DNA of 63,676 nucleotides, filler included, from Octopus bimaculoides (lineage: Eukaryota): NCBI RefSeq assembly GCF_001194135.2. It is 5 parts of 4 records of this genome, joined end to end, with 100 filler letters (N's around TTAATTAATTAA, not from the genome) between each part and the next. Parts side by side here need not be neighbours in the genome. Positions count along the whole stretch, not along the records: positions 35,709 to 56,136 come from NC_068987.1; positions 56,237 to 60,051 come from NC_069006.1; positions 60,152 to 63,676 come from NC_068984.1; 2 more parts are not named here. The stretch is one strand, 5' to 3'. Shown one piece after another: positions 52,190 to 63,676 of the stretch (position 1 is the stretch's first letter; every line of letters begins with the position of its first letter). The notes below the pieces were generated by a model. The model was not told where the DNA came from. It saw nothing but the letters and a program-made list of their open reading frames with translations, and searched no databases. Both the position numbers and the translations under genes were made by a program.

Positions 52190-52888
52190 AATATGCTGTG
52201 CTTGAGAAAACCTGGCAAAACAAGTGAGACCATAACTCATGGCCTTTACCAGGACTGTAGCCAGCCCACTTATGCGTACCTTTCCTTCTTTAGACACGAA
52301 ACCCTGCTTGCGAAGACCTGTTGAGGCAAGTGAAAATGAAATCGAAATTGAACCAAATTCGACAACTGGCACCCATGCCAACCTTCCTTCATTGGACACT
52401 AAACTCAGCTTCTGAAGACCTGTTGGGGCAAGTGAGATCGAAACTGAACCAAATTCGATGACTGGCACCCATGCCAGTGGAGTACTAACAGCACCATCCA
52501 AGCGGGATCACTGCCAGAGTAGCGGTCTCACTTCCGTGCCGGTGGCGTGTAAAAAGCACCATTTGAGCGCGATCGTTTCCAGCTTTACATTACTGGCACT
52601 TGTGCCAGTGGCATGTGAACAAAACATTGGACCTACTCCTGTGCAGGTGGCACGTAAAAACACCATTTAAGCGTGGCCGTTGCCAGTACCGCTGGATTGG
52701 CCCTCGTGCCGGTGGCACATAAAAAGCACCCACTACACTCTCGAAGTGGTTGGCGTTAGGAAGGGCATCCAGCTGTAGAAACTCTGCCAGATCAGATTGG
52801 AGTCTGGTGTAGCCATCTGGTTCGCCAGTCCCCAGTCAAATCGTCCAACCCATGCTAGCATGGAATGCGGACTTTAAAAATGATGATA
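52190..52888 (+). mobile_element. SINE/composite repeat with duplicated internal units
   Basis: Duplicated gaagacctgttg.ggcaagtga..aaattcga..actggcacccatgcca unit. 3' tail is the same family as 35709-36066. Confidence 0.85.
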
Positions 52889-52905
52889 TATATATATATA
52901 TATAT

Positions 52906-55775
52906 ATAAGATTTAAGGTGAAAAAGCACAGAAATCTTGTTTGCAAAGATTATTTAATCCATTACAGTATGTACAGAGTCGACCGGTTTCGCTTCACTAA
53001 CCATGACTCAATGTTATGAAAATCATAATAAAGTTTTGATTTAATGTTGCATAGAAGTAGGCATGATACAATTTTGCAGTTATATAGGAGAGTATAGCTC
53101 AAGGGGGATAATCTGTGAATATGCTTTTTTTAGTTAAAGGGATAATCAATGGATATAATATTCTTATTTCTGGTCGGTTTTTTATTTGTGAATTCCATTA
53201 TATAGTCATGTTAAGTTCTGGTTTGTATTTTTCAATAAATGTGGCCGCTTTATTTAGTCATTGTTGAGTTGAGGTCCTTTCCGTGCATTGATATAGTGGG
53301 AATAGTGAATTGCGGTTGGCATTGCTTACCACATCTATGTGACCATTGAGTGGTATTTGACAGTATTGGAGGTGGTAGACTAGTTGGGTGTTTAGTGTAG
53401 ATCTATGTCTTAGGGATGCACCTGTTGAACCTATGTAGTTCCTACTGCAGCTGGAACATGTTATGATGTAGATGAGATTTTCAGAGGCGCAAGTGGAGTC
53501 AGTTTTAATTTTAAATTTTTGTTCTTGTTTAAAATGAAATTCTGAGCCTTCCATTATGTTGGGACATGTACCACAGTTCAGTTGTCCACACTTTTTAACT
53601 CACGCTTCCATTAGTTTCGTGTATAGTTTCGCATTTGTGAATATCCACTTTAATGGTTTTGGCTGTTTGTTGTTTTTAATAATTTTATAGGTCGTTAGAA
53701 TTTCATACAGCCTAGGGTCCTTATGTAGTATTGGAAAATTTTGGATAGTAGTGTTATATGCTTCATTGTTTCTGGGGTTCTATGTGGAAATATAAGGTGA
53801 TATCTTTGGAGTGGGTGTGTAGTTTTGTTTGACCTCTCTTAGTGTTTGTATATTAATTCTTTATGCACATTTTATCCCATCATCTATAAGTGAAGTTGGG
53901 TAGTGTCTGTTGACAAGGTATGTTTTTAAGTTGTTGTAGTCGAGTTCTCTGGTGTTTTTTTCCAACACTATAGTGCAGATTCTTCTCACTAGATTGAATG
54001 AGATATCTTAATATGTTTGAGCTAAATAATAAGTATTGTTTCAAGTCTATAGTTTTGTAAAATATGTTGGTTTCTATTTACTTTTTTGGTTAGTATATCT
54101 AGAAAAAGAGTTCCTTTTGTTGTGTTCCATTGTGAATTGTATATTTGTATTTATGCTATTGAGGAGTCTTGAATTCCAAAAGATTCTTCATGTTCTCATT
54201 CCATAGAATGAAACATTCATCCAAATATCTTTTCCAATTTTCCTTTATGTATCTCCGAATTTTGTGAGTGACTCCTGATATACTGTTAGTTCCAAATAGC
54301 CAATTGTCAGGTTTGAAAGAATAAGGCCTGCCTTGGTTCCCATCGCAACTCCAAATTTTGGTTGGTACACAGTAGTGTCAAACATGAAGTGATTTTGCTG
54401 GAGAATGAATTTTAATATGTTCCAGCCAGAACTAAGTTGCTTCTAATCCATAATTATGGGAGATATTAATATACAGGTTTACAACATCAAAAGAGACAGT
54501 GTTTTTTCCTACAATCTTTTTGGGAAGTGGTTTATCATGTGCAAATCATCTCTAATGTAACTTTTACTGTATTTTAGAAGTGGTTTCAAGAGGGTGTCAA
54601 TGAAGTAACTCAGTCGGTGCATTTCACAGGATGGTCTAGCTATAATGGGCCTTAGTTTAAGGTCTCCTGGTGTTGGTACATGTATGTATGACTTCAGTGA
54701 TTTTTTAATTACTTCATTTATAATATGGCTTTTATGAATTTTCGGTAAGCCGTAAAAGAGGATGGGTTTACATGTAAAGTTAGTTATGTAGCTTATTTCT
54801 TTTTCCATCAGGCCTTTTCCATGTAGTTGAACTAATATCGAGAGGCTTTTCATTATTCTTTGGGAATTGTAGTCTTCATTATTCAGCATGGATACTACTA
54901 GGTTTTTGTAGTAGTCCACATCCATCACTACTACTGCACTCTCTTTATTGGTGAGTAGTTGGTTCTGTATCATTGTTTTCTTTTATGTATCCATAATTAA
55001 GAGTGGTTTGTTCACTGTTCAATTCTTTATGATTATTCTTTGCTGTCTTCATAAGGGATCATCTGAATGTTTTTGTATTTTTCTTCATTGTTTGATGCTC
55101 TTAATCTAAGTAGTTCTCTTTCTGTTTTTATTTGAAATAATGCTAATCTTTCTCTCACTTCTCTCTGTTCATCAAGTTCGTTTGGGATTCTTTTTATTTG
55201 CAGTTTGTGGGGGAGAACTCTTGGTGTTGAACTCATCCGTTTGTAAATTTCTGCCTTGTTAGAATCTTTAAGCATGTTCCAGAATGAAAATTCTCTGTTT
55301 CTAAGATTTGTGTTCCAAATGTTTTTGATTTTCCTTTTTGATAGATGGACTTATGAGTTTCCTTTATTAGGAATTGCTCATTGTCTAGTTTGTTTGTGAA
55401 AATTGAGTTTGGTGCTGTGCATAAAGGTTTAAATCTTTACTAATATGCCCAAGTGGTGAGTTGTTTCTTCATTTCCTTTTTTCTCGTGATGGAGGTTTGA
55501 TGCCTCAACTTTGTTGATTAAGATAATTACATTTGAGTTGATATTTTTTATATCCAATAGATTACCCCCCACCCTCCTTGAACTATACTCTCCTGTATAA
55601 CTGCAAAACTGTATCACACTTCTACGCAAGATTAAATCAAAAACTTATTATGATTTCATAATATTAAGTCATGATTAGCAAAGTGAAACTGATCGACTTT
55701 GTACATATTGTTATGGATTAAATAATCTTTATCTACACAAACAAGATTTCTGCGCTTTTTCACCTTAAATGTTAT
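52906..55775 (-). mobile_element. Penelope-like retroelement (RT + GIY-YIG) with inverted terminal repeats
   Basis: RT fragment FYGLPKIHK...LRPIIA (54509-54973) and GIY-YIG NLIYIITCSSCSRNYIGST (53258-53554). Imperfect ~210-bp inverted repeats at 52906-53115 and 55558-55775. Confidence 0.9.
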
Positions 55776-55819
55776 TTTATATTTACCACCACGTGAAATC
55801 TCTCGCCAAATTTACTTAC

Positions 55820-56100
55820 CCAAAGTGCTGCACAGTGGGATGAAAGCCCGGAACAGTGTTTGATTTTTTGTAAAGGGTACGACGAAGGGCAATCAATCGG
55901 AAAAGGTCTCAGACTTATCATTGACTTGTCAAGATTCGTTCGTTAGTTTCTGTGTGTGACAGCACGTTGTTGTCAACTGTAAACACATGAAATATTATCA
56001 CTAATAAAAATTTTTTGATGCACATACATACATATTCTTTTTTGTATTATGTGTATGGAATGCAGATTTTACCCACAAATTTCATTATAATCGCAATGTA
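55820..56100 (-). promoter_or_regulatory. Candidate promoter / non-coding first exon of the ZNF gene
   Basis: Consensus donor GG|GTAAGT (plus strand acttac at 55814-55819) at the edge of a CpG-rich unique segment that borders the CpG-poor domain. Confidence 0.45.
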
Positions 56101-56136
56101 TGCCGTTTGAAAGGTATTTATATAAAATTTCATTTT

Positions 56137-56236
56137 NNNNNNNNNNNNNNNNNNNNNNNNNNNNNNNNNNNNNNNNNNNNTTAATTAATTAANNNNNNNN
56201 NNNNNNNNNNNNNNNNNNNNNNNNNNNNNNNNNNNN
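56137..56236. other. Artificial scaffold spacer
   Basis: N44-TTAATTAATTAA-N44. Confidence 0.95.
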
Positions 56237-57223
56237 TAGCCCTAAGATCAAAGGAATTCTAATCCGCGACCATTCTGCCTTTTTTCCCTACGTGCCAAGA
56301 ACCCTAGAATCATTATAGCCAAAGTGCACCTTTTTTTTTTTTGTCTGAGACAATGAGGTACGATTCGAAGGAATTTGGTTGCTATTTCTAGAATGCTGTC
56401 TCGTGGTGATGATGCGGGATAGTTGTAGAATTAATGATGATAATGATGATGGGGCGATGGTTTCCTTGCAGTATCTCTGAATAATACATCTTGGAATTCG
56501 ATAGCCTTTCTTTCTTTTCTTCTCTTTCTTTATTTTTATCATTGCATTTGTCTTATAATATCTTCTATTACTTAGGTTTCTCTTTATCTCCTTACGTGTG
56601 TGTATGTATATATGCATGTATGTATATATATATATATAAATACGTGTGTGTGTATATGTATATATATATATATATATGAATGTGTATATGTACATTTACA
56701 TATATGTATGCATTTTTGCATGTGTATATGTATAAGTACATATATAAACACACACATACATATATATATGTATATATATATATGTACATATATCTATATA
56801 TGTGTATGTGTGTATACATATATATGTCTAGGTTCCTAGCTATTTACCTACATGCATACCTATACACACCCTTCCATTCATCCTCTCTCCTCCTCTCTGT
56901 ATGTATGCACACACACACATATATACATATATATATATATATACATAATTACAGACACACACACACACACACTTTTTTCCCTACTCTTGTAATAACCAGA
57001 AAGATTCTTCACTCGTTGAACTGACCTTTTCCAAGAGTGTTACGCACCTCACACTCACTGACAGGCTGAGTAGAGAGAAAGCCGACAAAGAAAATATGCA
57101 GCGTTGCCCGTGTGTGAATATACACTTGTATGTGTGTATGTGTTTAGATATATATATATGCATACACTTTCATCTATACGCATACATATCCCCCCCCCAC
57201 ACACGTTTATATGCATATATAAA

Positions 57224-57325
57224 CGCGCAGGCGTGGCTGTGTGGTTGAGGAGCTTGGTTCCCAACCGTGTGATCTTAGGATCAGTCCCACTGCGCGGAAC
57301 CTTGAGCAGGTGTCTTTTACTATAG
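57224..57325 (+). mobile_element. tRNA-derived SINE head, truncated by a gap
   Basis: gcgcaggcgtggctgtgtggtt...cagtcccactgcgcggaaccttgagcaggtgtc. Confidence 0.8.
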
Positions 57326-58721
57326 NNNNNNNNNNNNNNNNNNNNNNNNNNNNNNNNNNNNNNNNNNNNNNNNNNNNNNNNNNNNNNNNNNNNNNNNNNN
57401 NNNNNNNNNNNNNNNNNNNNNNNNNNNNNNNNNNNNNNNNNNNNNNNNNNNNNNNNNNNNNNNNNNNNNNNNNNNNNNNNNNNNNNNNNNNNNNNNNNNN
57501 NNNNNNNNNNNNNNNNNNNNNNNNNNNNNNNNNNNNNNNNNNNNNNNNNNNNNNNNNNNNNNNNNNNNNNNNNNNNNNNNNNNNNNNNNNNNNNNNNNNN
57601 NNNNNNNNNNNNNNNNNNNNNNNNNNNNNNNNNNNNNNNNNNNNNNNNNNNNNNNNNNNNNNNNNNNNNNNNNNNNNNNNNNNNNNNNNNNNNNNNNNNN
57701 NNNNNNNNNNNNNNNNNNNNNNNNNNNNNNNNNNNNNNNNNNNNNNNNNNNNNNNNNNNNNNNNNNNNNNNNNNNNNNNNNNNNNNNNNNNNNNNNNNNN
57801 NNNNNNNNNNNNNNNNNNNNNNNNNNNNNNNNNNNNNNNNNNNNNNNNNNNNNNNNNNNNNNNNNNNNNNNNNNNNNNNNNNNNNNNNNNNNNNNNNNNN
57901 NNNNNNNNNNNNNNNNNNNNNNNNNNNNNNNNNNNNNNNNNNNNNNAGTAAAAAAAATCCAGAAAAGAAACAAAAAGGCAAAAGAGAGTCACTTACTGTT
58001 ATAGTATCTTCAATAACAATGACAATATTGACCAAGGTTACCGTGGTCTTTTCCGTAGGCTTTTCTTTCCACGGCTAAACCTAAACTGTCCTCCCCTTTT
58101 TTACACGAGAACATTATTGTGATACACGATCCCTATTGATCGCTTTTTTTTCTTTTTCCTCGATCCCTTTTGATCGAAATCCCCCTTTTTTCCTTCCTAC
58201 GATCCCTTTTGATCGACACACCCCCTACCTTTTTTTGCCTTCCCCCTCCCAAAAAGAAAAGCTCTACATTGTATTTGTCCCATCTTTGTTGAGCCCTGTG
58301 TGGCTAATAAAAGAAATGTATCTATCTATCTACCTACGTACGTACGTACCTATCTATCTCACAATTCCCTTTCCCGTTTTCACAATTTTGATGGATGTCC
58401 TACCGATAAAAAGATGACAGTGAGGGGTGGTGGCTAACAACAGAGCTGGCGGTACTGGTGGGGGGCGATGTCTAAGCGCACAGATTGGGACAAAAAGTGA
58501 AAGAAGAGAGTAATGTACAGATGGAGAATAGTGTTGAGGGCGGGAAGAACGAACGAGAGGGACGAGGGAAAGGGAGAAAACTGTGGAGCCACAGCTAAAT
58601 CAGGTGCAACATTTCTGAAAGCAAAAGACATGGTGATGATAGTCGTAGAAATGTGGGGAAAACGAGGCGGCGAACTGACAAAGTCAAACAAAATTTAAAC
58701 TTCGCAATTTTGAGTTAAGTG

Positions 58722-59175
58722 AAGGCACGTGGACTAATGGTAAGGGTGTTGCACTCAAGATCGCAAGATCAAGGTTTCGATTTCCGGACCGGACCGGACC
58801 GGACCGGGCAGAGCGTAGTATTTCTGACAACGCTTAATTTCAGCTGTAAATAAACCTGTAACGGACGGGCGTCACTTGCACTCATGGAAATCGGGCGACC
58901 GCCTTAAGGGTCGTAGGAGTCAAGTCATTAATGCCCAGGGGTTGATGATAGTGAAGGCGCGTGGCGTAATGGGTAGGGTGTTGTAACCACGATCGCAAGA
59001 TAATGATTTCATTCTCGGATCAGTCGGTGCGTTGTATTCTTGAGCAAGACAATGTTACTCCAATCAACTCAGCTGTATAAGAGGAACCCCTACAATGAAC
59101 TAGGGTCTCGTTCAGGAGGGATACGTTCTAATCTCATTATTCGCTTATACACATTGGGAATCGGAAATCCTAGGA
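58722..59175 (+). mobile_element. Two adjacent tRNA-derived SINE copies
   Basis: Two heads (ggcacgtggactaatggtaagggtgttg at ~58722 and ggcgcgtggcgtaatgggtagggtgttg at ~58956). The first carries a (GGACC)4 expansion after its B-box. Confidence 0.75.
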
Positions 59176-59179
59176 CTCA

Positions 59180-59685
59180 AGACAAATCTTTCTTTTCTTC
59201 TTCTTTCGGTTGTTTGTTTCCAGCGTTCTTTCTTGTTCTTCTCATTCTTTCATTCTTGTTTTCTTTCTTTCTTTCTCTTTCTTCCTTCCTACTTTTTTAT
59301 TTGTTTTCTTCCTCTTTCTTTCTTTCAGTGTTCCTTCCTTCAGTTCCTTCATGCTTTCTGTATTCCTTCCTTCCTTCTTTCTTTCTTTCCATCATTTCCT
59401 TCCTTTTTTCTTTCTTTCTGCATTTTCCTTCTTTCTTTCAATATTTCCATCATTTCTTTCCTTTTTTCTTTCTGCATTTTTCCTTCTTTCTTTCAATATT
59501 CTTTCCATTATTTCCTTCCTTCCTTTTGGTTCTTTCTTTCTGCATTTTCCTTCTTTCTTTCCATCATTTCCTTCCTTCTTTGGTTCTTTCTTTCTCGATT
59601 CCTTCCACCTTCCTTTCAATATTCTTTCCACCATTTCTTTCTTTCCTTCCTCCTTCCTTCCTTCGTTCCCCCTCTCCTTTCCTGT
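59180..59685. repeat. CT-rich microsatellite/minisatellite
   Basis: (TTCC/TTTC)n with a recurring ctgcattttccttctttctttc unit. Confidence 0.9.
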
Positions 59686-60051
59686 CAACACCTATTTGGC
59701 GAGTATATATCAGGCGCACTCAAAGACTCCTATCGATCGTATGGCGGTGCCGAGCGGCTGGAGGGGACGAGTAGGGGACGAGCCATTACCTATTAAGTTG
59801 TTTAGGAAACCGAAAGTCTGGCTGATGAGAGGAGGAACGGCGGGGTTTGTAGAAGGGGTGTTGTCTGCGGTCTGGTGCAGCGTATGCAAAAGGGACCCTG
59901 AGAGCGGCCCTCATTAAAGTATCTTAGATGATGATGTAAGAATAATTCGGACCATTTTTCTTCTCTTCTTTTTCACGTCAAAACAAGAAATTCTTTCATT
60001 ATTTATCTCCTGTCTGCAGCCTCGTTTATACACACACAAACACACACACAT

Positions 60052-60151
60052 NNNNNNNNNNNNNNNNNNNNNNNNNNNNNNNNNNNNNNNNNNNNTTAAT
60101 TAATTAANNNNNNNNNNNNNNNNNNNNNNNNNNNNNNNNNNNNNNNNNNNN
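60052..60151. other. Artificial scaffold spacer
   Basis: N44-TTAATTAATTAA-N44. Confidence 0.95.
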
Positions 60152-60183
60152 TCTCACGTATATGTACATACACATGTACGCTG

Positions 60184-60230
<47 letters not shown>

Positions 60231-60781
60231 ATCTTATCTATTTATCTATTTATCTATCTATCTGTCTATATACCTAGCTATCAACCTATCTACCTATTTG
60301 TCTACGTACGTACGTACGTACCTACCTACCTACCTACTTACCTACCCACCTACGTATGTATGTATGTATGTATGTATGTACGTATCTATCTATCTCTTCT
60401 CTCTCTCTCTCTCTCGCTCTTTCCATCTCTCTCTCTATCTCTCTGTACACACACACATAATATACACATCTATGAATATATTTGTACATACGTATGTAGA
60501 TGTGTATGTAAGTTCTCGCATTGACATATTTGGCTGGTTGTATTTAATGTGCTGTTTGCTGGCTTTCTGTTTTCTTTTTTTCTTTTTCTTTTCCTTACTT
60601 ATATTTACTCCACTTGCACACATGAACGGAAGCCATGAGAACGAGGTTGAAGGAGGCGTGAAACCATCAGATCTGTCTCCTATGAATTAATCACAGATTA
60701 CAGTTAAAAAGAAGGTCCCTTAGAACTTGGATTTCCGCACAGATTCTTGCAAAGAAACACATGAAGAATGATGTGTGTGTG

Positions 60782-60812
<31 letters not shown>

Positions 60813-60895
60813 ATGTGTCTTTATACGTACGTACATACGTACGTATGTATGTATCCATGTATGTGCATATGTATGCATGTATGTATGTATTTATG

Positions 60896-60926
<31 letters not shown>

Positions 60927-61110
60927 NNNNNNNNNNTATGTATGTGTATATTTTAATTGATGCACTCTGCCAACCCAGGACGTGGTTTGCACAAACAACG
61001 CTAGTAATAGTCTTACGTAAACAGTTAGACTTACACTGTTAGAGGCATGCACGAATTTCTGGTAATTCTACGTCAGTCTGTCTCTTTCTTTCCCTCTCTC
61101 AGCTTCTCCC

Positions 61111-61163
<53 letters not shown>

Positions 61164-61636
61164 ATCTCTATCTCTCTNNNNNNNNNNGTACATATATGTA
61201 CATACCTACACCTACATGCATATATAGATGCATATCTGGTTACAGGACGTTGCAAAAAAAACGTGGACAAATTGATAAACGGAGTACAGAAAACACGCAG
61301 GCCATATAGAAAACATTTCCTTCATCAGCTGCCACCATTCTAAAACTAAGTGTTTCGAAGAGTTAGGGCAGGACGCATAGAAAGAATTAAATTTGTAACG
61401 TGGAGGAAAAAAATAATCAGCCGCAAGTATGTCGTTTCCCTTACTTTATGATACATTCAGTCAAAGCCGTCAAGTATTTAACCAAAGCAATCTCCTTACA
61501 GTAATGAGAATCAGTGTTCAAATGAAAATTAAGCAGGCGACATACTAACGACTTGTAACTACGTTTTCATTCGGGAGAGATATTTGAATGGTTACTTGCC
61601 TATTATATAGATGTGTGAAACTCCAAGCAATACAGG

Positions 61637-61990
61637 ACTTTGGAGTAAAGATTATTTGCCAACATAACATGGTAGTCCTGGTTTAGGACGAATGTTGCTG
61701 TAATTTAACTCCGGCAGACATCGTCTCCAGCCGGCTATACAACACGATGTGTGTCCTTATATTTTCGAACAAGGGCATCTAGCACCCCCACTCAGCTCAA
61801 AACAATATCTGTGTATAATGACACAGATCGTGTCGTATGGCCAGCCAGCTGGAGACGATGTCTCCAGGGGCTAAATTACAGCAACATTCGTCCTAAACCA
61901 GGACTGCCATGTTATATTGGCAAACAGTCTTTACTCCAAAGTACCGTTGCTGAATATATCTCCTTGTGAGATTTACAAATAGTAATTTTT
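61637..61990. mobile_element. Fold-back MITE with ~120-bp inverted arms
   Basis: Arm 61637-61755 pairs with arm 61820-61942. The right arm extends to ~61990, matching the start of the 33270 copy. Confidence 0.85.
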
Positions 61991-62027
61991 TAATACAGGA
62001 ATTAATCAACAAGTGCTTAATCACCAA

Positions 62028-62090
<63 letters not shown>

Positions 62091-62612
62091 NNNNNNNNNN
62101 NNNNNNNNNNNNNNNNNNNNNNNNNNNNNNNNNNNNNNNNNNNNNNNNNNNNNNNNNNNNNNNNNNNNNNNNNNNNNNNNNNNNNNNNNNNNNNNNNNNN
62201 NNNNNNNNNNNNNNNNNNNNNNNNNNNNNNNNNNNNNNNNNNNNNNNNNNNNNNNNNNNNNNNNNNNNNNNNNNNNNNNNNNNNNNNNNNNNNNNNNNNN
62301 NNNNNNNNNNNNNNNNNNNNNNNNNNNNNNNNNNNNNNNNNNNNNNNNNNNNNNNNNNNNNNNNNNNNNNNNNNNNNNNNNNNNNNNNNNNNNNNNNNNN
62401 NNNNNNNNNNNNNNNNNNNNNNNNNNNNNNNNNNNNNNNNNNNNNNNNNNNNNNNNNNNNNNNNNNNNNNNNNNNNNNNNNNNNNNNNNNNNNNNNNNNN
62501 NNNNNNNNNNNNNNNNNNNNNNNNNNNNNNNNNNNNNNNNNNNNNNNNNNNNNNNNNNNNNNNNNNNNNNNNNNNNNNNNNNNNNNNNNNNNNNNNNNNN
62601 NNNNNNNNNNNN

Positions 62613-62665
<53 letters not shown>

Positions 62666-63257
62666 TGCATACATATATGTATGTGTATATATATATATAC
62701 ACGTACATATATGTATACGTAAATACATATATTTATGTGAGTATACATACAAATATACAAATCTGTACATATACACATACTTATATGTATGTGTGTATAT
62801 GTGCATATTCACACACTTGTATGTGTGAATACATATTAAAAGCATGCATAAATACATACGTACATTTATATCTGCATCTGTGTATGCATGTACGCCTGTA
62901 TACACATGTGTATATGCGCGTGTATGCGATTATGCGCCTGCGTGCATATCTGCGCGCGTTTCTGCTAAAGTAGAATGCTAACACCATTGCGATCCTAGCA
63001 GACAAGGTTACGGCAGAAACGGTGAAATAATGGTAAGTAGGAAGAGTTCAATAACGCAGACCACCTCAAGTAGACATGTCCATTAAGAAAAGAGAAGAAC
63101 GAAGTCCGCAGAACAATTCCCATCCTCCTTATTTACTCGTCTTCACCAAAATGTCTTATTGATGTTTTTAAGTAAATGCCTATCTTCGTGGAGATCTTGC
63201 ATGGGCATCCATTGGTGATATGGAGTACATGTGTATGTCTGTGTGTGTGTCCGTATA

Positions 63258-63292
<35 letters not shown>

Positions 63293-63518
63293 GAGAGATA
63301 GAGAGAGAGAGATAGAGAGAGTGTGTGTGTGTGTGTATACGGGTGTGTGTTTGTTAGACTGTGTTGAAGCTTGCACGCATGCGTGTATGTATAAGCATAC
63401 GTATGCATATTTATAGAGAGAGATAAATTGATAGGCAGATAGGTATATATAGGTAGATAGATAGATAGATGTAGAGGAGAGCGCGAGGGGGAGAGAGATG
63501 AATAAATAAATAGATAGA

Positions 63519-63549
<31 letters not shown>

Positions 63550-63676
63550 CGAAAGACGAGCAGAAGAGAATAAAAATATTAAAAGTGCAAAACTGCTCCT
63601 TTCTCCATATTTCGTATTGTGACTCTAAACTTAATATAGAAGTGGATGTGTGTGCGTGTGAATATATATATATATA

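Noticed and set aside
59040-59796. Long F/S/L-rich ORFs (187-244 aa)
   Set aside because: They translate the CT-rich repeat; only the 3' GC-rich part is kept as a finding.
12059-63416. Many long ORFs made of YIYI/HTHT/VCVC runs and X
   Set aside because: They are translations of microsatellites and N gaps, not genes.

Overview
This is AT-rich eukaryotic draft-assembly DNA with many N gaps. It is most likely an octopus (inferred from the SINE families, the very dense CA/TA/trinucleotide microsatellites and the KRAB-less tandem C2H2 gene). Only one host protein-coding gene is well supported: an 18-finger C2H2 zinc-finger gene on the minus strand. Its main exon is 48246-49862, with a plausible in-frame upstream exon at 50753-50801 and a candidate first exon/promoter near 55820-56100. 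Most of the rest is a diverse transposon graveyard: Chapaev-like, mariner, Tc1, MITEs (one Merlin-like), CR1, RTE, HERO-like, CRE-like and Penelope-like elements, and tRNA-derived SINEs. The most interesting structures are (i) a Penelope-like element with ~210-bp inverted termini in the probable first intron of the ZNF gene, (ii) minimal hammerhead-ribozyme-like motifs in three short dispersed repeats, (iii) a sharply bounded CpG-poor domain between two CpG-rich islands, (iv) several fold-back elements, and (v) isolated candidate exons of unidentified genes. Four 100-bp N44-TTAATTAATTAA-N44 spacers are artificial joins, so contiguity across them is unproven. All family assignments come from motif recognition by eye; no database search was run. 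No CRISPR, rRNA or intact tRNA gene was seen.
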